A DNA stretch of 62,719 nucleotides, filler included, from Basidiobolus ranarum (GCA_040143965.1; 44 parts of 44 records of this genome joined end to end with filler, not necessarily neighbours in it); one strand, 5' to 3'; counted from the first letter of the whole stretch, positions 48,486 to 61,757 are shown. Notes: generated by a model not told the origin, from the letters alone. Program-made: numbers and translations.

Positions 48486-48585
48486 NNNNNNNNNNNNNNN
48501 NNNNNNNNNNNNNNNNNNNNNNNNNNNNNTTAATTAATTAANNNNNNNNNNNNNNNNNNNNNNNNNNNNNNNNNNNNNNNNNNNN

Positions 48586-49177
48586 AAAGTGCGTGAGGAG
48601 TATTTTCAAATGTAAGAAGGGAAAACGCAATGCAAGTATGCAGAAAGTGGCTTCAGAAGAAGAACATTCAACTTAACATTCAGTCTGGTGTTGACTATGC
48701 AGATATCTGGGAAGAACTTAATACAGAGTGGCACAATATTGCAGGGTATCCACCAGATAGCTGGAAGAATGTTGATTCAGTTACGTTAACACAATGGTGG
48801 GCTTTGATGGAGATATTGACACAAACTTGTGTTGGCTATGAGCTAAACCTTGGGTATGAAGAGCTCTATTAAAATATTCAGGAGACTATATATCAAAGAG
48901 ACTAGGGATTTTAAAGATGACAAATAAGCATTCAAGTGGTAAATGTGTAAAATTTGAGTTATGTTTTTGCACATGTTTTGATCCATAGTTCTCTGAGATT
49001 GTAGCCAATCATGTGTAAATATTTTGCAAGATCTTGAAATTTCACTCCTGAAACTGAAAAAATTGATTGAAATCAAATCTAACTTGACAAATTTATGATG
49101 CCAAGTAAACAGTCAATCCCAAATGGATTAAAATTGTGACAGTTTTCCTACAATAACAATCCTTGAATTTCTGTTAG
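48586..49177 (+). mobile_element. CACTA ORF2 C-terminus and left terminus (reversed, last bases missing)
   Basis: CRKWLQKKNIQLNIQSGVD...GYEELY; ends TTTCTGTTAG. Confidence 0.85.
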
Positions 49178-49910
49178 TTAGATCCACAATACCTTTCAGA
49201 TATCTCAAAATCCACTTAACTGCTATGATTTGCTCAGATCCATACTTGTGAAGAGCTTGGCACATAACTCCCCGAGAATATGCAATATCTGGCTGTGTTC
49301 AAACCATGATATACATCAAACTACCAACATAGATTGATAAGGAAATTTCTGGCTTTCATTTGAATCCAAAAACTTTTGATTTGAGCTATTTCTAATCAAG
49401 TTAAGAATTGTCTCCATTGGGATAGATACTAGATTACATTCTTTGATTTTATACTTCTTTAGTATATGTAGGATATACTTACACTGGTTTAAAGTTATTG
49501 TTTTGGTAGTTTTATCTATTTTAATATGGATGCCAAGAGAGTAGGTCTGTTCACCAAGATCAGTCATTTTGAATTGAGCAGGTAAGCAGGATTTGTTTTC
49601 TCCAAAGTCTTTAAGTCTTTGGTTGCTATAATAACGTCATCTACATATAAGGCTAATAAAACTGGATTTGTCTTATCTGGCCTGAAGTAGATACTATAGT
49701 CAGCATTACTCCTGTGTAATTTGAGTGATTCCAAAAAAGCATCTATCTTGCTATTCCAAGCTCTCAGAGATTGTTTTAAGCCATACAGTATTTTCCAGAG
49801 TCTGCAAACTTTTTTAGGTTTTCTGGGTCTATGAATGCATCTGGCTGGTCAATATAGATCTCCTCAGCAAGCTCACCTTTCAATAAAGCAGTTTTAACAT
49901 GAATTTAATG
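49178..49910 (-). mobile_element. Copia RT fragment
   Basis: VKTALL, YGLKQS, LYVDDV, KMTDLG. Confidence 0.9.
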
Positions 49911-50010
49911 NNNNNNNNNNNNNNNNNNNNNNNNNNNNNNNNNNNNNNNNNNNNTTAATTAATTAANNNNNNNNNNNNNNNNNNNNNNNNNNNNNNNNNN
50001 NNNNNNNNNN

Positions 50011-50187
50011 AGCCAATCATTCGCAACTATTTTGCGAGATCTTGAAATTTCACTCCTGAAACTGAAAAAATTGATTAAAATCAAATCTAACTTGACGATT
50101 TTATGACGGTAAGTAAACAGTTAATCCCAAATGGATTAAAATTGTGACGGTTTTCCTACGATAACAATCCTCAAATTTCTGTTAGGG
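50011..50187 (-). mobile_element. CACTA left terminus, CpG-retaining copy
   Basis: Ends CTCAAATTTCTGTTAGGG; TGACGG motifs intact. Confidence 0.9.
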
Positions 50188-51335
50188 AATGGGAACAATG
50201 CAAGTCAATTTAACTGGAGCTTCTGAAGAGAAAGTATATACTTTTAAGGATGTACTACATATTCCAGATATTGCCAAGAATTTAATATCTGTATGCAAGG
50301 CCACCTCAAAGGGGCTAAAATTCAATTTTGATAAGTCAGGATCCTTTGTTATTGATCAAAATGGGAATTATTTAGCTTTGGGAGACAAGGATCAAAACTT
50401 ACACAAACTTATATCTAATACAAGATGTTTATGTGTAAGTATAAGTTGTTCCAATCAGGAAACTATTCCATTTTGGCATAAGAGAGTTGGCCATATTGGA
50501 TTTGATTATTTGAGCAAAATGATCAATAATTGCCTAATTTCTAGAATTCAAATTAACCCACCCAACTAAAGTGGAAATTTGTCAGGGGTGTATATATGAA
50601 AACAAGCCAGGCAACTGTTCAAGAGCTCTGGTTCAATCAAATCTGTCAAAAAGTTGGATCTAACTCATTTGGATTTGTGTGGACCTACGCAACATATATC
50701 TTTATGTAGACAAAGATATTTAATCACATTTATTGATGATTTCAAAAGATACACTTGGGTCTACCATATGGAAAGAAAAGAAGAAGCTCTCTTTATCTTT
50801 AGAGACATCAAAACACTTGTGGAGACTGAAACTGGAACTAAAATCAAGAAAATCAGTACGAATAATGGTGGAGAATATACTTCAAAATTATAGAAGCACT
50901 TTTGCAAAGTTCATGGAATTAAGCAAGCAACTACTGCCCCCTGTTCACCTCAACAAAATAGAGTTGCTGAAAGAGCTAACAGAACTATAACAGAAATGGC
51001 AAGATCCATGATAAATGCACAAAATTTATCTCATAACTTTTGGGTGGAATCTGTTGCTACAGCTGTATATCTGAAGAATAAGAGTTTTACTAGAAGTCTG
51101 TCTAACTCTGCATTGTACCAAGCTTGGTTTGGAGTTAAACCTGATGTAAAACCTTTGAGGATCTTTGGATGCATTGCTTATGTCAAAATTATGACTAAAA
51201 ACTGGTCTAAATATGATTCAGAAAGTATGAAATGCATATTTCTGGGTTATTGAACTCAAACTAAGGCCTACAGACTCAATGATACCAAAGTTTTCAAGTC
51301 AATCAAATCAAGGGATGTTTTGTCTAATGAAAATG
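50188..51335 (+). mobile_element. Copia protease-integrase fragment
   Basis: WHKRVGHIG, HLDLCGP, TFIDDF, NNGGEY, RIFGCIAY. Confidence 0.93.
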
Positions 51336-51435
51336 NNNNNNNNNNNNNNNNNNNNNNNNNNNNNNNNNNNNNNNNNNNNTTAATTAATTAANNNNNNNNN
51401 NNNNNNNNNNNNNNNNNNNNNNNNNNNNNNNNNNN

Positions 51436-52356
51436 TATACTGCAGTTGCAACCAATTTAGCCCATAACTATTTTGGTAAAACTTGATCATGAAGCATTGA
51501 TGTTGCCTTTTCCATTATTGATCTGTTTGCACATTCTGCTACTCCAGTCTGCTGTGGTGAATATAGCACTGTAGTCTGCTGTTTTATCCCATGTGTTGAG
51601 CAGAAGTTAGAGGAGAGTTTTGAGGTATTTTCTCCTCCATGATCAGAATGGATAATCTTAATCTTTAGACCTGTTTCAGTCTCCACCATTACTTTCAGCT
51701 TCTTGAAGGTATCAAAGGCTTCATCCTTACTGGCCAGAAAGTACACCCAGGTATACTTTGTCTCATCATCAATAAAGGTCATAAAATACCTTTTTATGCC
51801 TAAGGATTTTGTCTGGTTGGCCCACACAGATCTGAGTGTATCAAGCCATATTTTTGATCAATTTGGCTCATTCAAGAGCCCTGAACTGGCTGTCTGTATT
51901 GCCTACCAATAGGCAACCATCACATAGCTCCAGATCTGGTGGAATTACAAAGTTTAGTCCCAAAACCATCTTGTTTTTGATTAAATTTCTGATATTTTCA
52001 GCCCCTAGATCATCCAATCTCCTATGCCAGATTTTCCAGTCTATCTCTTCAGCTGTGGCATTGTTAACTTGTTCATATATTGGCCTACTGTAATGAAGTT
52101 TATACAAGTTATTTTGCTTAGCTTCAGAAGCTATGTAATTCCCTTTTTGATTACTGATTGTACAGCCATTTTGATCAGAATTACAGCTATATCTCTCAGA
52201 TGTAGCTTTACTCACTGATAACAAACTTTTTGCTATCCCAGGCACTTATTGTATGTTTATCAGTGTCAAATACATGTCCCCAGAGATGCCCCCAAGATCT
52301 ACTTCAATTTCTCCCACTCCCAGAGCTTCTAGTGGCTGGTCATCTCCCATAACTAC
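51436..52356 (-). mobile_element. Copia A integrase fragment
   Basis: WHRRL, YFMTFIDD, HSDHGGE, SPQQTGVAE. Confidence 0.92.
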
Positions 52357-52692
52357 TGTCATGATTCTGATCTTGGCATACTGATCCACTGCAAATAGAA
52401 CTCTTCTATTAGTAGATTATGACATCATATCAGCTGTGCCAGCCCTTCTTGGCAATCTGGTGTTAGCTCATCCAGATTACCTTATATGGAAGTCATGTTC
52501 TTTGAAACATTCCATGAAACCTAACCAATCATGTCATCCCACACATAGTGTATTTCCGCCAAGTCCTTCCATCAAAGGTCACCTGAGCATCCTTACATCA
52601 TCCTTACATCATCCCTCTTTGTATTGTTCCTTGTAGTCCCTAACAGCCCAACTCTCAAACTTGCCACAGTATATTCCCTATTCAGTATATTG
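52357..52692 (+). repeat. LTR family C, 5' part
   Basis: TGTCATGATTCTGATC start. Confidence 0.82.
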
Positions 52693-52859
52693 GACTTGTT
52701 CTCTATGATAGTGCCAGATTGTGCTGTATATATTGTATTGGATAAAGTATTCTAAAATTNNNNNNNNNNNNNNNNNNNNNNNNNNNNNNNNNNNNNNNNN
52801 NNNTTAATTAATTAANNNNNNNNNNNNNNNNNNNNNNNNNNNNNNNNNNNNNNNNNNNN

Positions 52860-54063
52860 AGGAAGCAGCTTTGATTATTGAGGAGTGGAGAGTTCAATCC
52901 AATCTTAGCAACCAGGTGTTTAATGGTTTTCTTACACTTTTACCACAGTTGATTGGCAACTGTTGCTTGCAACAGACATGGTACAAGTCAAAACCACTTG
53001 TTAATTGAATAATTTAGAATCCTTCAGTAATTAAACTACCTTCATGTCCAAATGGTTGTTTGGCTTTCACCAGGGGATTTACAAGATATTTCCGGTAATG
53101 GATGGCAATTTTGGCTTTGAACAGTGCCTGTGCTAGTCATTATTTTTGTATGAAGCCTCCAGCTTTCATAGCACATGTATATACAACATTATAGCAGGGC
53201 TTCTTTCAAAGTTTGTGTTTCAGAATGAGAATGATAATATGGAAAAACAACACCACCCACATAAGGGTGGTGTTTTAGGCATATCCCATCCAAATCATCA
53301 AGGAATTCAGACATGGTGTCACAAATGAGTCACTGGGGGATTTACAAGACATTTCCAGTAATTGATGGCAGATTTGGCTAATCATAAGCTGTGTCTAAGC
53401 AATTTCATTACACCAAGTTTGCCCTCTGGCAGATTCCATGCCATTCAAAAAGCATTCAAAATCTAAATTAAATTGGCTGCCAAGCCAAAACTGGCACAAA
53501 AGAAAAAATTAGCAAGAACAGAGGACTGAACTGATGAGCAGTCTGGCAATCCACAACCCACTCTGGAAGGCATTAACATGCCAGAAACCAACTCAAGTAA
53601 GGATGAAGGATTAATCAATGCACCAGATACCCAACCAAATAAAATTGATTCGATTCAGATTGGATCCAAACTTCTGGATTGCAAAACTGTCAGAGAACAA
53701 TCACAATGTTGGTGGTTTGAGTTCTGCCAGCAATTTTGATGGCAAGATGGCAGCTTCTTAGAGATATTTTGATGGTATTCATACTTAGTTAATTATTGAT
53801 CTTTGTATTTGGCACGCATTATTTTGATTCCAACAATTTTCGCAAAAAACTAATTTTTGAGTGGCAAAATACTAGATTTACTGCTGTAGTTGTTTGGATT
53901 AATATGTATGCCTTTATTTAGATATTTTAGGCTTTGTATTCCAGCCAGCAAGATGATCAAAAAATACAAGAGTCTTATTGTGTTTAGTCTGTACATACTA
54001 ACAAACTTGACTTATCAGAAATCACTCCACAACATCAATATGCTCTACCAGCAAACTTATGGT
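52860..54063. mobile_element. Rearranged CACTA pieces, including a second copy of the divergent intergenic region and a right end at about 53630
   Basis: Matches 23270-23780 and 57324 onward. Confidence 0.75.
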
Positions 54064-54283
54064 GGAACAGATGGATGGCCAGAAAGTGGTGTTGATGCAA
54101 TGTCATTTCTACCCGGTGCTTTGAATGTCAAAGTAGAGAAATTGAACTAAGCACAGGTAAGTGGTGAGGGTAACTATCACTCTNNNNNNNNNNNNNNNNN
54201 NNNNNNNNNNNNNNNNNNNNNNNNNNNTTAATTAATTAANNNNNNNNNNNNNNNNNNNNNNNNNNNNNNNNNNNNNNNNNNNN

Positions 54284-54396
54284 AGAGATATTCCTACTTA
54301 GAGTATAGGGGCTATAGATACGTTGCTTTCTGTTTCTGATATATGTATCATAACTAAAGTTAACTATGATGTTGAATAAAGATTAATTATCCAACA
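54284..54396 (+). repeat. LTR E 3' end
   Basis: ...AAGATTAATTATCCAACA. Confidence 0.8.
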
Positions 54397-54795
54397 GCTA
54401 TTGATATCAATTTGTAGGATACAAGACATTTACTTGCTTATAATTAGTTTGGGGCCATAAGATATACCCATGTAGCTGAATATTCACAAGGTAAGAATAT
54501 TTTGGAGAATCACACATATTTTGCTTCTATCTGAGCATGTACTTTACATGAACTCCATGATGCAAGAAGAGTGATCTTTTTCTCAGCCAACTACTAAATA
54601 TGATTAATTCCACTCTACTTGGTTCCATCATTACATCACAGCAACCACAGAAACCAAGATTTTTTGAATGACTACGCCATTTCAAACTCCTATGTTCAGA
54701 AGAAATCAGGGATCTCCATTAAGCTGATTCAATTGCAAGTCAGTAAATCTTCCATTGCCATAATGTAAGAAAATGTATGACAGTGAGGTGCTCCT

Positions 54796-55098
54796 TTTTG
54801 AAATTAGCATTGCCTAAACACCTATATAGTCATATATAGCTTAGTATTTAGTTATCCTATATTGAACCAAGATATCAGAATTTACTTAGAAGTTCTCAGA
54901 TATATAGATTTTTCAAAGAGGCCCCAAACTTTGCACACTTGTTCCTGGGACCTTCCTTAACACATTCTACATGTTGTTTTGTTTACATCTTGACAAAACT
55001 ATAAATATCAACTCTCTACTCAATAAATCAATAAGTGAAAACCACCAATTTTTCTAATTCTCCAAAACACTTCCAACAGGCTCCCAAATACTTTAACA
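54796..55098 (+). mobile_element. Solo LTR, family B
   Basis: Flanks CTCCT/CTCCA (5-bp TSD, one mismatch); ends TTTAACA. Confidence 0.85.
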
Positions 55099-55707
55099 CT
55101 CCAAAGATGTAAGGAATGCTGGGGGGCAAGATGTGTTCAAAGATTCTGGATGTTTGATAGATTTCTGAGATTGAATATGAAACAAAGAATAATACCACTA
55201 TTCTAAGTACCACAGTTAATTCCAGAATTAATGAGGTGGTCAACTGTTATTAAGTAAATTATTTCGAGATCATGGTACCTCTCTCATCATCCAAAGAGTG
55301 GGGATCAAGCTGATATTTTTCAAGTTTCTCAATATGTGAACCATGGAAATTAGGTTCTAATAATGCCAATGCTGTTGAAGTATTTGAGTCTTGTTGGAAG
55401 TGGTTTTTCAAACTAGAAAAATTGATGGTTTTCACTTATTGATTTATTGAGCAGAAAGTTGACATTTATAGTTTTGTCAAGACATAAACAAACAAACGTG
55501 TAGAATGTGGTATGAAAGGCCCTAGAAACATGTGTGTAACGTTTGGGGCTTCTTTGAAAAATCTATATATCTGAGAACTTATAAGTAAGCTCCTCTTGAG
55601 AATAGTGNNNNNNNNNNNNNNNNNNNNNNNNNNNNNNNNNNNNNNNNNNNNTTAATTAATTAANNNNNNNNNNNNNNNNNNNNNNNNNNNNNNNNNNNNN
55701 NNNNNNN

Positions 55708-57030
55708 GAACTAACACCAGATTGCCAAGAAGGGATGGTACAGCAGATATGATGTCATAATCTGATAATAGAAGAGTTCTATTTGCAGTGGATCAGTATG
55801 CCAAGATCAGAATCATGACAGTAAATGCATAGTGCCTGATGGGAAGCTCTGGCTCTAGCTGATCCCCTTTAGCAATATAATCTTAGGCTTATGACTAATA
55901 CCAAGTTTGTTATTAGAATGGCTATTTGGTGAATTAATATCAGTGATCAAGATGAAATCTGACCAGGCTCTTGATGGTAAAATCATGGAGTTTAGTGTTG
56001 TATTTGGATAGTAGTAATGCTTATGCCTGAAAGAGTAAACTCCATTGATTTGACAAAATCTACAGCAAGATAGTGCATTGTGCCTGCAAAAACCTTCAAG
56101 TTTACTGATGGCAGGAGTGTCACCAATACATACAATGATATTAGCTTTAGTAAAATATTCACCCATCTGAACCCCATCAGATAACCGTTCAAATTCCGCA
56201 ATCACAGGCTGCAAGAAGCTATCTAGAAGCACTGGTGATTTAGGTCCAGATATAAGGATAGTATCAAAAGATTATGACTCTTATACCATTCAGAAGGAGG
56301 AAGATTGGAGTTGATTAAAATTATTGGCCAGCAAGCCTTTCCTATGGTATATTTGTATAGTGAAAAACCATCCAGAGCCAATGAAAATGCGCAATCATAT
56401 GTGTTCTCAAAGAAACCTTGACTTTTGAGATTCTGGTAGTATTATCCATCAAGTATATTGGTAGTGCCATCAGCTTTATGGTGAGTACTTTGGTATTGGA
56501 TCAATGATCTATATTTGGGTGATTCCATCAGAACTTTAAGTTGGGGAATCGAGAGTATATAAGCCAAATACAAACAGTATTTACCTGATTCAGTGATTGC
56601 CAATTGTGTGCAAACGGTACTTGACTTTAGGGGTTTTCACATTGCTGGAGAAAGCCAAACAACCATTTGGACATGAAGGCAGTCTAATTACCAAAGGATT
56701 ATAAGTCATACAATTTATAAGTGCTTTCCACTTGTACCAGGCCTGTGGCAAGCAATAGTTGCCAATCAGCTGTGGTACAAGTATAAGAAAACCAATAAGC
56801 ATCTGGTTGCTAAGATTGGATTAAACTCTCCACACCTCCATAATCAAAGCTGCTTCCTTTACTGTGATTGTAATGAGTGGTCTAATATTTGCTGATAACT
56901 AAGAGTCCATAACAAACTGTTGTCTTCTTCATCAACTTCTGAAATTCTACCATTGGTAATGGAATAATCAAGGTCAACATCTAGCAGCAAGTCCTCAAAG
57001 TTGTCTGGACTTACTGGTTTGACCAAAGTT
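55708..57030 (-). mobile_element. CACTA transposase core (55821-57030) interrupted by LTR C (55708-55820)
   Basis: DSFLQPVIAEFERLSDG...CIGDTPAISKLEGFCRHNALSCCRFCQING. Confidence 0.9.
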
Positions 57031-57130
57031 NNNNNNNNNNNNNNNNNNNNNNNNNNNNNNNNNNNNNNNNNNNNTTAATTAATTAANNNNNNNNNNNNNN
57101 NNNNNNNNNNNNNNNNNNNNNNNNNNNNNN

Positions 57131-57323
57131 AAGATTTAAGTTAGGATTAAGATATATAAATATTTACTTGAGTGGGAGTGCTGAAGTTTAGTGTCTTTAT
57201 CATATTTGTTATCTCTATCTTTATACACCTACCTATCTCATATATCACATATAAGTTAGTTAACATTACTTGGTCAAATATCACTTAGCTGAAAACTGAA
57301 ACATAAAATATATTTATATATAT
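57131..57323 (+). mobile_element. Copia A 3' end: PPT (57170-57178) and start of 3' LTR
   Basis: GAGTGGGAG-TG(C)TGAAG. Confidence 0.82.
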
Positions 57324-58453
57324 CCCTAACAAAAATAAAATTGATATGATTGGGATTGGATCCACCTTCCAAAATAGCAAGACCATCAGAGAACCATCAC
57401 AATTTTGTTGGCTTGCATTCTGCCAGGGATTTTGATGGTGTGATGGTGTTTCTTGATGGTATCTTAAAGGTATCTGAACGGTATTCATACATGTTAAATA
57501 TTGATCCTCAAATTTGGCATGTGTTATTCAATATCTAGCAATTTTTGAATGGCAAATTACTGGGTTTACTACTGTAGGAATTCAAATTAATATGCATGCC
57601 TTTATTTAGATATTTTAGGCTTTGTTTTCCAGCCATAATGAGAATCAAAAATTACAAGAATCTTGTTGTGTTTAGTCTCTACATATGCACATATTTGACT
57701 GATTAGACATATCTCAACAACATCAATATGCTTTACCAGCAAACTAACGGTGGAAAAATTGATAAAGATCTGAAATTTTGAATAGCACTGACACTTGACA
57801 AATAGCTGACTCTTGTTACCATTCACAATGAGAATAAGCTCTTGGAATTTGGCAAATTTCCATAAAGAATTCAGCCAAGATATCCCCAACTTGCTGTCTA
57901 CAAATGTCCTGCCACAAATAGATGTGTCATTGCTTGAATTGATTACCCCATGGCAAAAACAATAATACTGTGTATCTCCATCTATCTCACCAAGAAGTCT
58001 GTCTTGCAGCTTTCCCAAAATCCCATCAGATTATCACAGAAGCAAATTAGTCCAATTATAATGGTACTTACTCTGTGTCCATGGATTGGGCTTCATTGCT
58101 GTTATTGTGCTCAAACAATGCAAAAACCTGTGAGCACATTGAAAAGAGCCGTATGTTGGCAGGTTAATATACTCTGGAGTCTCCTTAACCCATGGCATTA
58201 CATCCATCACTGATTTTGATGATATATTGTTAATCAGATTAGCACATGGTAATACTGACAATCTCACATGGAGCATCATTTAACTGCAGGTGTGCTCCAT
58301 TAGGAACTTCCAAAATGTATATCAAGGGCCTATAATCTCTAAGCATTGTGAAAGATGTAGCAGGGAATGTATTGAATACTGGCATATATTCAGTCTGTCT
58401 TCTTTAAACCTGTAATAAAGTTTTTCATATCCAATTACAAAATCTTTGAACAG
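57324..58453 (-). mobile_element. CACTA right terminus and transposase C-terminus
   Basis: CCCTAACAAAAATAAAAT at 57324. Confidence 0.88.
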
Positions 58454-58553
58454 NNNNNNNNNNNNNNNNNNNNNNNNNNNNNNNNNNNNNNNNNNNNTTA
58501 ATTAATTAANNNNNNNNNNNNNNNNNNNNNNNNNNNNNNNNNNNNNNNNNNNN

Positions 58554-58700
58554 ATATCTACTACGAATCTCCTTAGCAGTCGCTCTTTCGTCAACCCCCA
58601 AGACCTGATAATGAGTGATACTGGTATTAGATACAGTACTCATGAAGCGCTTCCCAACGTTAGCGATACTTTTTCTACATACTGGCAAAGGATAAATCAT
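58554..58700 (-). CDS. J-domain (DnaJ family) protein, 5' part, probable mitochondrial presequence
   Basis: THYQVLGVDERATAKEIRSRY (J-domain helices I-II) after an Arg/Lys/Ser-rich leader lacking acidic residues. Confidence 0.82.
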
Positions 58701-59067
58701 ACTAGTTGGTTTGTAGTGAGTTAAAGGAAAAGGTGAGAATAATCAAACATATGTTATGCTTGAGCGCATAATGGAGCATGTATATAAGAAGTCACGAGCT
58801 CATCATCACTCTACGATAGCCAGTTCAAGGCGGGAGGGTTAAAGATCGAGGGTGTGTTATTGGGCACGTATGGCAATACTGTGAATCAATGAGATCACAT
58901 TAAATATTGGGTTAATCCTAGTGTAATTGAATACACTTGATTATTATTTTCAAAATTGATTAACTTTTTTTTATTTGATATCGAATCCCAGGTAATCAAA
59001 TAAGGGCAAACTAAAGATACCAATAGTTGTTAGTCTCAATATCCTGTATAAAACCAACCAGCTAGAT

Positions 59068-59597
59068 ATGAAAGGTGACAAACACAACCTGAACGGAGTT
59101 CCAATTTTGGTGACGGAAAATGTGGACGAATACAGAAAATTAATGAGGGAAAATTTACAAGCTGATGATGTGGTTTTAGAGTTGGGTTCTGCGCAGGGAG
59201 TAAGTGCCTCAATTATGAGCCAATACTGTAAAGAGGTAAATTTTTTGTTGTTGTTATACTGAGAGTGTTAACTAAGTAAATTAACCGGTCATGATTTTTC
59301 GCTTAGGTCGTCGGAGTTGATAAATCCTTACTTCAACACGCAGCTGCAGTGGAGCGATTCCCCTCTTCAGAGTATCCGAATCTGACTTACGTTGTGTTGG
59401 ATGCTTTTGACGTCTCGGGAGTTCGTAAGCTTGGCAAAGAATTCAACAAGATTTTCATTGATATTTCTGGGAACAGATGTATAGGAGACATTGCTGAGAT
59501 CTTGGAGAGATACGAGAAAGTTTTTCAACCTGAACTTTTTGTTGTGAAATGTTTCCCTCTTAAAAGACTCATGAACCAATGCACACCTTATCCTTAG
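59068..59597 (+). CDS. Small class I SAM-dependent methyltransferase, 152 aa (exons 59068-59235 and 59307-59597)
   Basis: Motif I DVVLELGSAQG; removing the 71-nt GT-AG intron gives CKE|VVGVDKS (acidic end of beta-2), then VVLDAFD and KIFIDISG. Confidence 0.88.
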
Positions 59598-59975
59598 TAA
59601 CTGTATGAGACTTCATCCTCTCAACTCAATTGAAATAATAGAAAGTGTATACCTTGACATACCACTTCACCAAAAAGTGGGCAATACAGAATTAAAGCTC
59701 AGCTAGATACCATAATTCTTACTTTGGAAATGATCATACAGCTTCTGACTTTCATTTCTTTATTATCACGGTGCCATCAAAGATGCTCTTTAGTCATAGA
59801 TGATATATTGTTGATATGGGTATTAAGATGAAATATATGAGTAATGGGTGTCGCTTTGATGGTAAGTAACTATTGNNNNNNNNNNNNNNNNNNNNNNNNN
59901 NNNNNNNNNNNNNNNNNNNTTAATTAATTAANNNNNNNNNNNNNNNNNNNNNNNNNNNNNNNNNNNNNNNNNNNN

Positions 59976-61297
59976 CTATACATTCTGGGAGTTCCCAATG
60001 GAGTGCACCTGCGGTGAAATGATGCTCCAATTGTCAGTATTACCATATGCTAATCTGATTAACAATGTATCAGCAAAATCAGTGATTGATGTAATGCAAT
60101 GGGTTAAGGAGACTCCAGAGTATATTAACCTGCCCACCCAGGGCTCTTTTCAATGTGCTCATGGGTTTTTGCATTGTTTGAGCACAATAACAGCAACAAA
60201 GCCCAATCCATGGACACAGAGTAAGTACCTTTATAATTGGACTAATTTGCTTGTGTGATAATCTGACGGTATTTTTAGGAAAGCTGCAAGACAGACTTCT
60301 TGGTGAGATAGATGGAGATACGCAGTATTATCGTTTTAGCCATGGGGTAATCTATTCAAGCAATGACACATCTACTTGTGGCAGGACATTTGTTGACTGC
60401 AAGTTGGGGATATATTGGCTGAATTCTTTACGGAAATTTGCCAAAATCCAAGAGCTTATTCTCATTGTGAACAGTAACAAGAGTCAGCTATTTGCCAAGT
60501 GTCAGTGCTATTCAAAATTTCAGATGTTTAGCAATTTTTCCACCATTAGTTTGCTGGTAAAGCATATTGATGTTGTTGAGTTGTGTTCAATCAGTCAGAT
60601 ATATGCATATGTAGAGACTAAACACAACAAGATTCTTGTATTTTTTGATTCTCATTATGGCTGGAATACAACCCCAAAAATATCGAAATAATGGTATACA
60701 TATTAATTCAAATTCCTACAGCAGTAAACCCAGTAATTTGCCATTCAAAAATTAAATTTTTGCAAAAATTGCAGCATATTGAATAACGCATGCCAAATTT
60801 GAGGATCAATATTTTAACATGTATGAATACCATTAAGATACCGTCAAGAACCCGCCGTCACACCATCAGAATCACTGGCAGAATGCAAGCCAGTGATATT
60901 GTGACAGTTCTCTGATGGTTTTGCTATTTTGGAGGGAGGATCTGATCCGGATGAAATCAATTTTATTTTTGTTAGTGGCCTAGATGAGTGGATATTGATG
61001 GGAGTCCTGGTAAAATATGATGGTATCTTGACGTTTTCAAGCATTTTCCCAAATGATTTAAACTTTGTTCCTATCTCAAATGGCTCATTGTATTGAATAT
61101 TCCACTATATAGCTGAGTAAACAGTATTGGAATGTTGTTAAATAGTAAGTGCATGGTGCCTAATGGGAAGCTCCAGCTCCAGCTGTTCCCCTTTAGCAAT
61201 ATAATCTTAGGCTTACAGCTAATACCAAGTTTGATGTTAGACTGACTATTTGGTGAATTGATATCAGTGATCATGTTGAAATCTGACCAGGCTCTTG
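59976..61297. mobile_element. CACTA transposase C-terminus and right end (to about 60976, plus) joined to an inverted transposase fragment
   Basis: WEFPMECTCGEM...WNTTPKISK*; CCGTCA repeats at 60841-60860. Confidence 0.87.
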
Positions 61298-61757
61298 NNN
61301 NNNNNNNNNNNNNNNNNNNNNNNNNNNNNNNNNNNNNNNNNTTAATTAATTAANNNNNNNNNNNNNNNNNNNNNNNNNNNNNNNNNNNNNNNNNNNNACA
61401 CTTGCCTGTAGACTTCTCTCCATCACTGTTTTCCAACCTTGAAACCCACCAAGGTTGGGTTCCCTCTTATTGCACATTTTTCCCAAGCTTCCCAGCTTAG
61501 GGAAAGGTACCTTCCACCTTTGGTTATGTGCACTAAGTTCATCTTTGTGATGACATTACTGGTTGAGTTTACAGTTGCTTTTGTTCAAAGAAGTCTGAGT
61601 ACTTGGTCAAGATCAAAGGATGTTAATACCAGTATTTTCTTTTGTAAAGGTGCCAATCATTTCTTGAACAGAAAGTTGGACAATGCATTGTGATTATCAT
61701 TCCTTGAGAAACTTGTGGTTTTTAAAACTTCCACCTCCCAAAATAGTAAGTATTATG

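Noticed and set aside
47256-48541. Many overlapping Gly/Pro-rich ORFs in all frames
   Set aside because: G/C homopolymer DNA lacks stop codons; there is no coding signal.
54397-55373. Possible decayed Mutator/FAR1-like sequence around the solo LTR
   Set aside because: Only a weak 'KDVRN' hint with stops in every frame; not supportable.
1334-61397. Regularly spaced TTAATTAATTAA motif resembling a CRISPR or periodic repeat
   Set aside because: Always embedded in N-runs; it is an artificial six-frame-stop linker. ORFs ending in XXX...LIN are artefacts of it.
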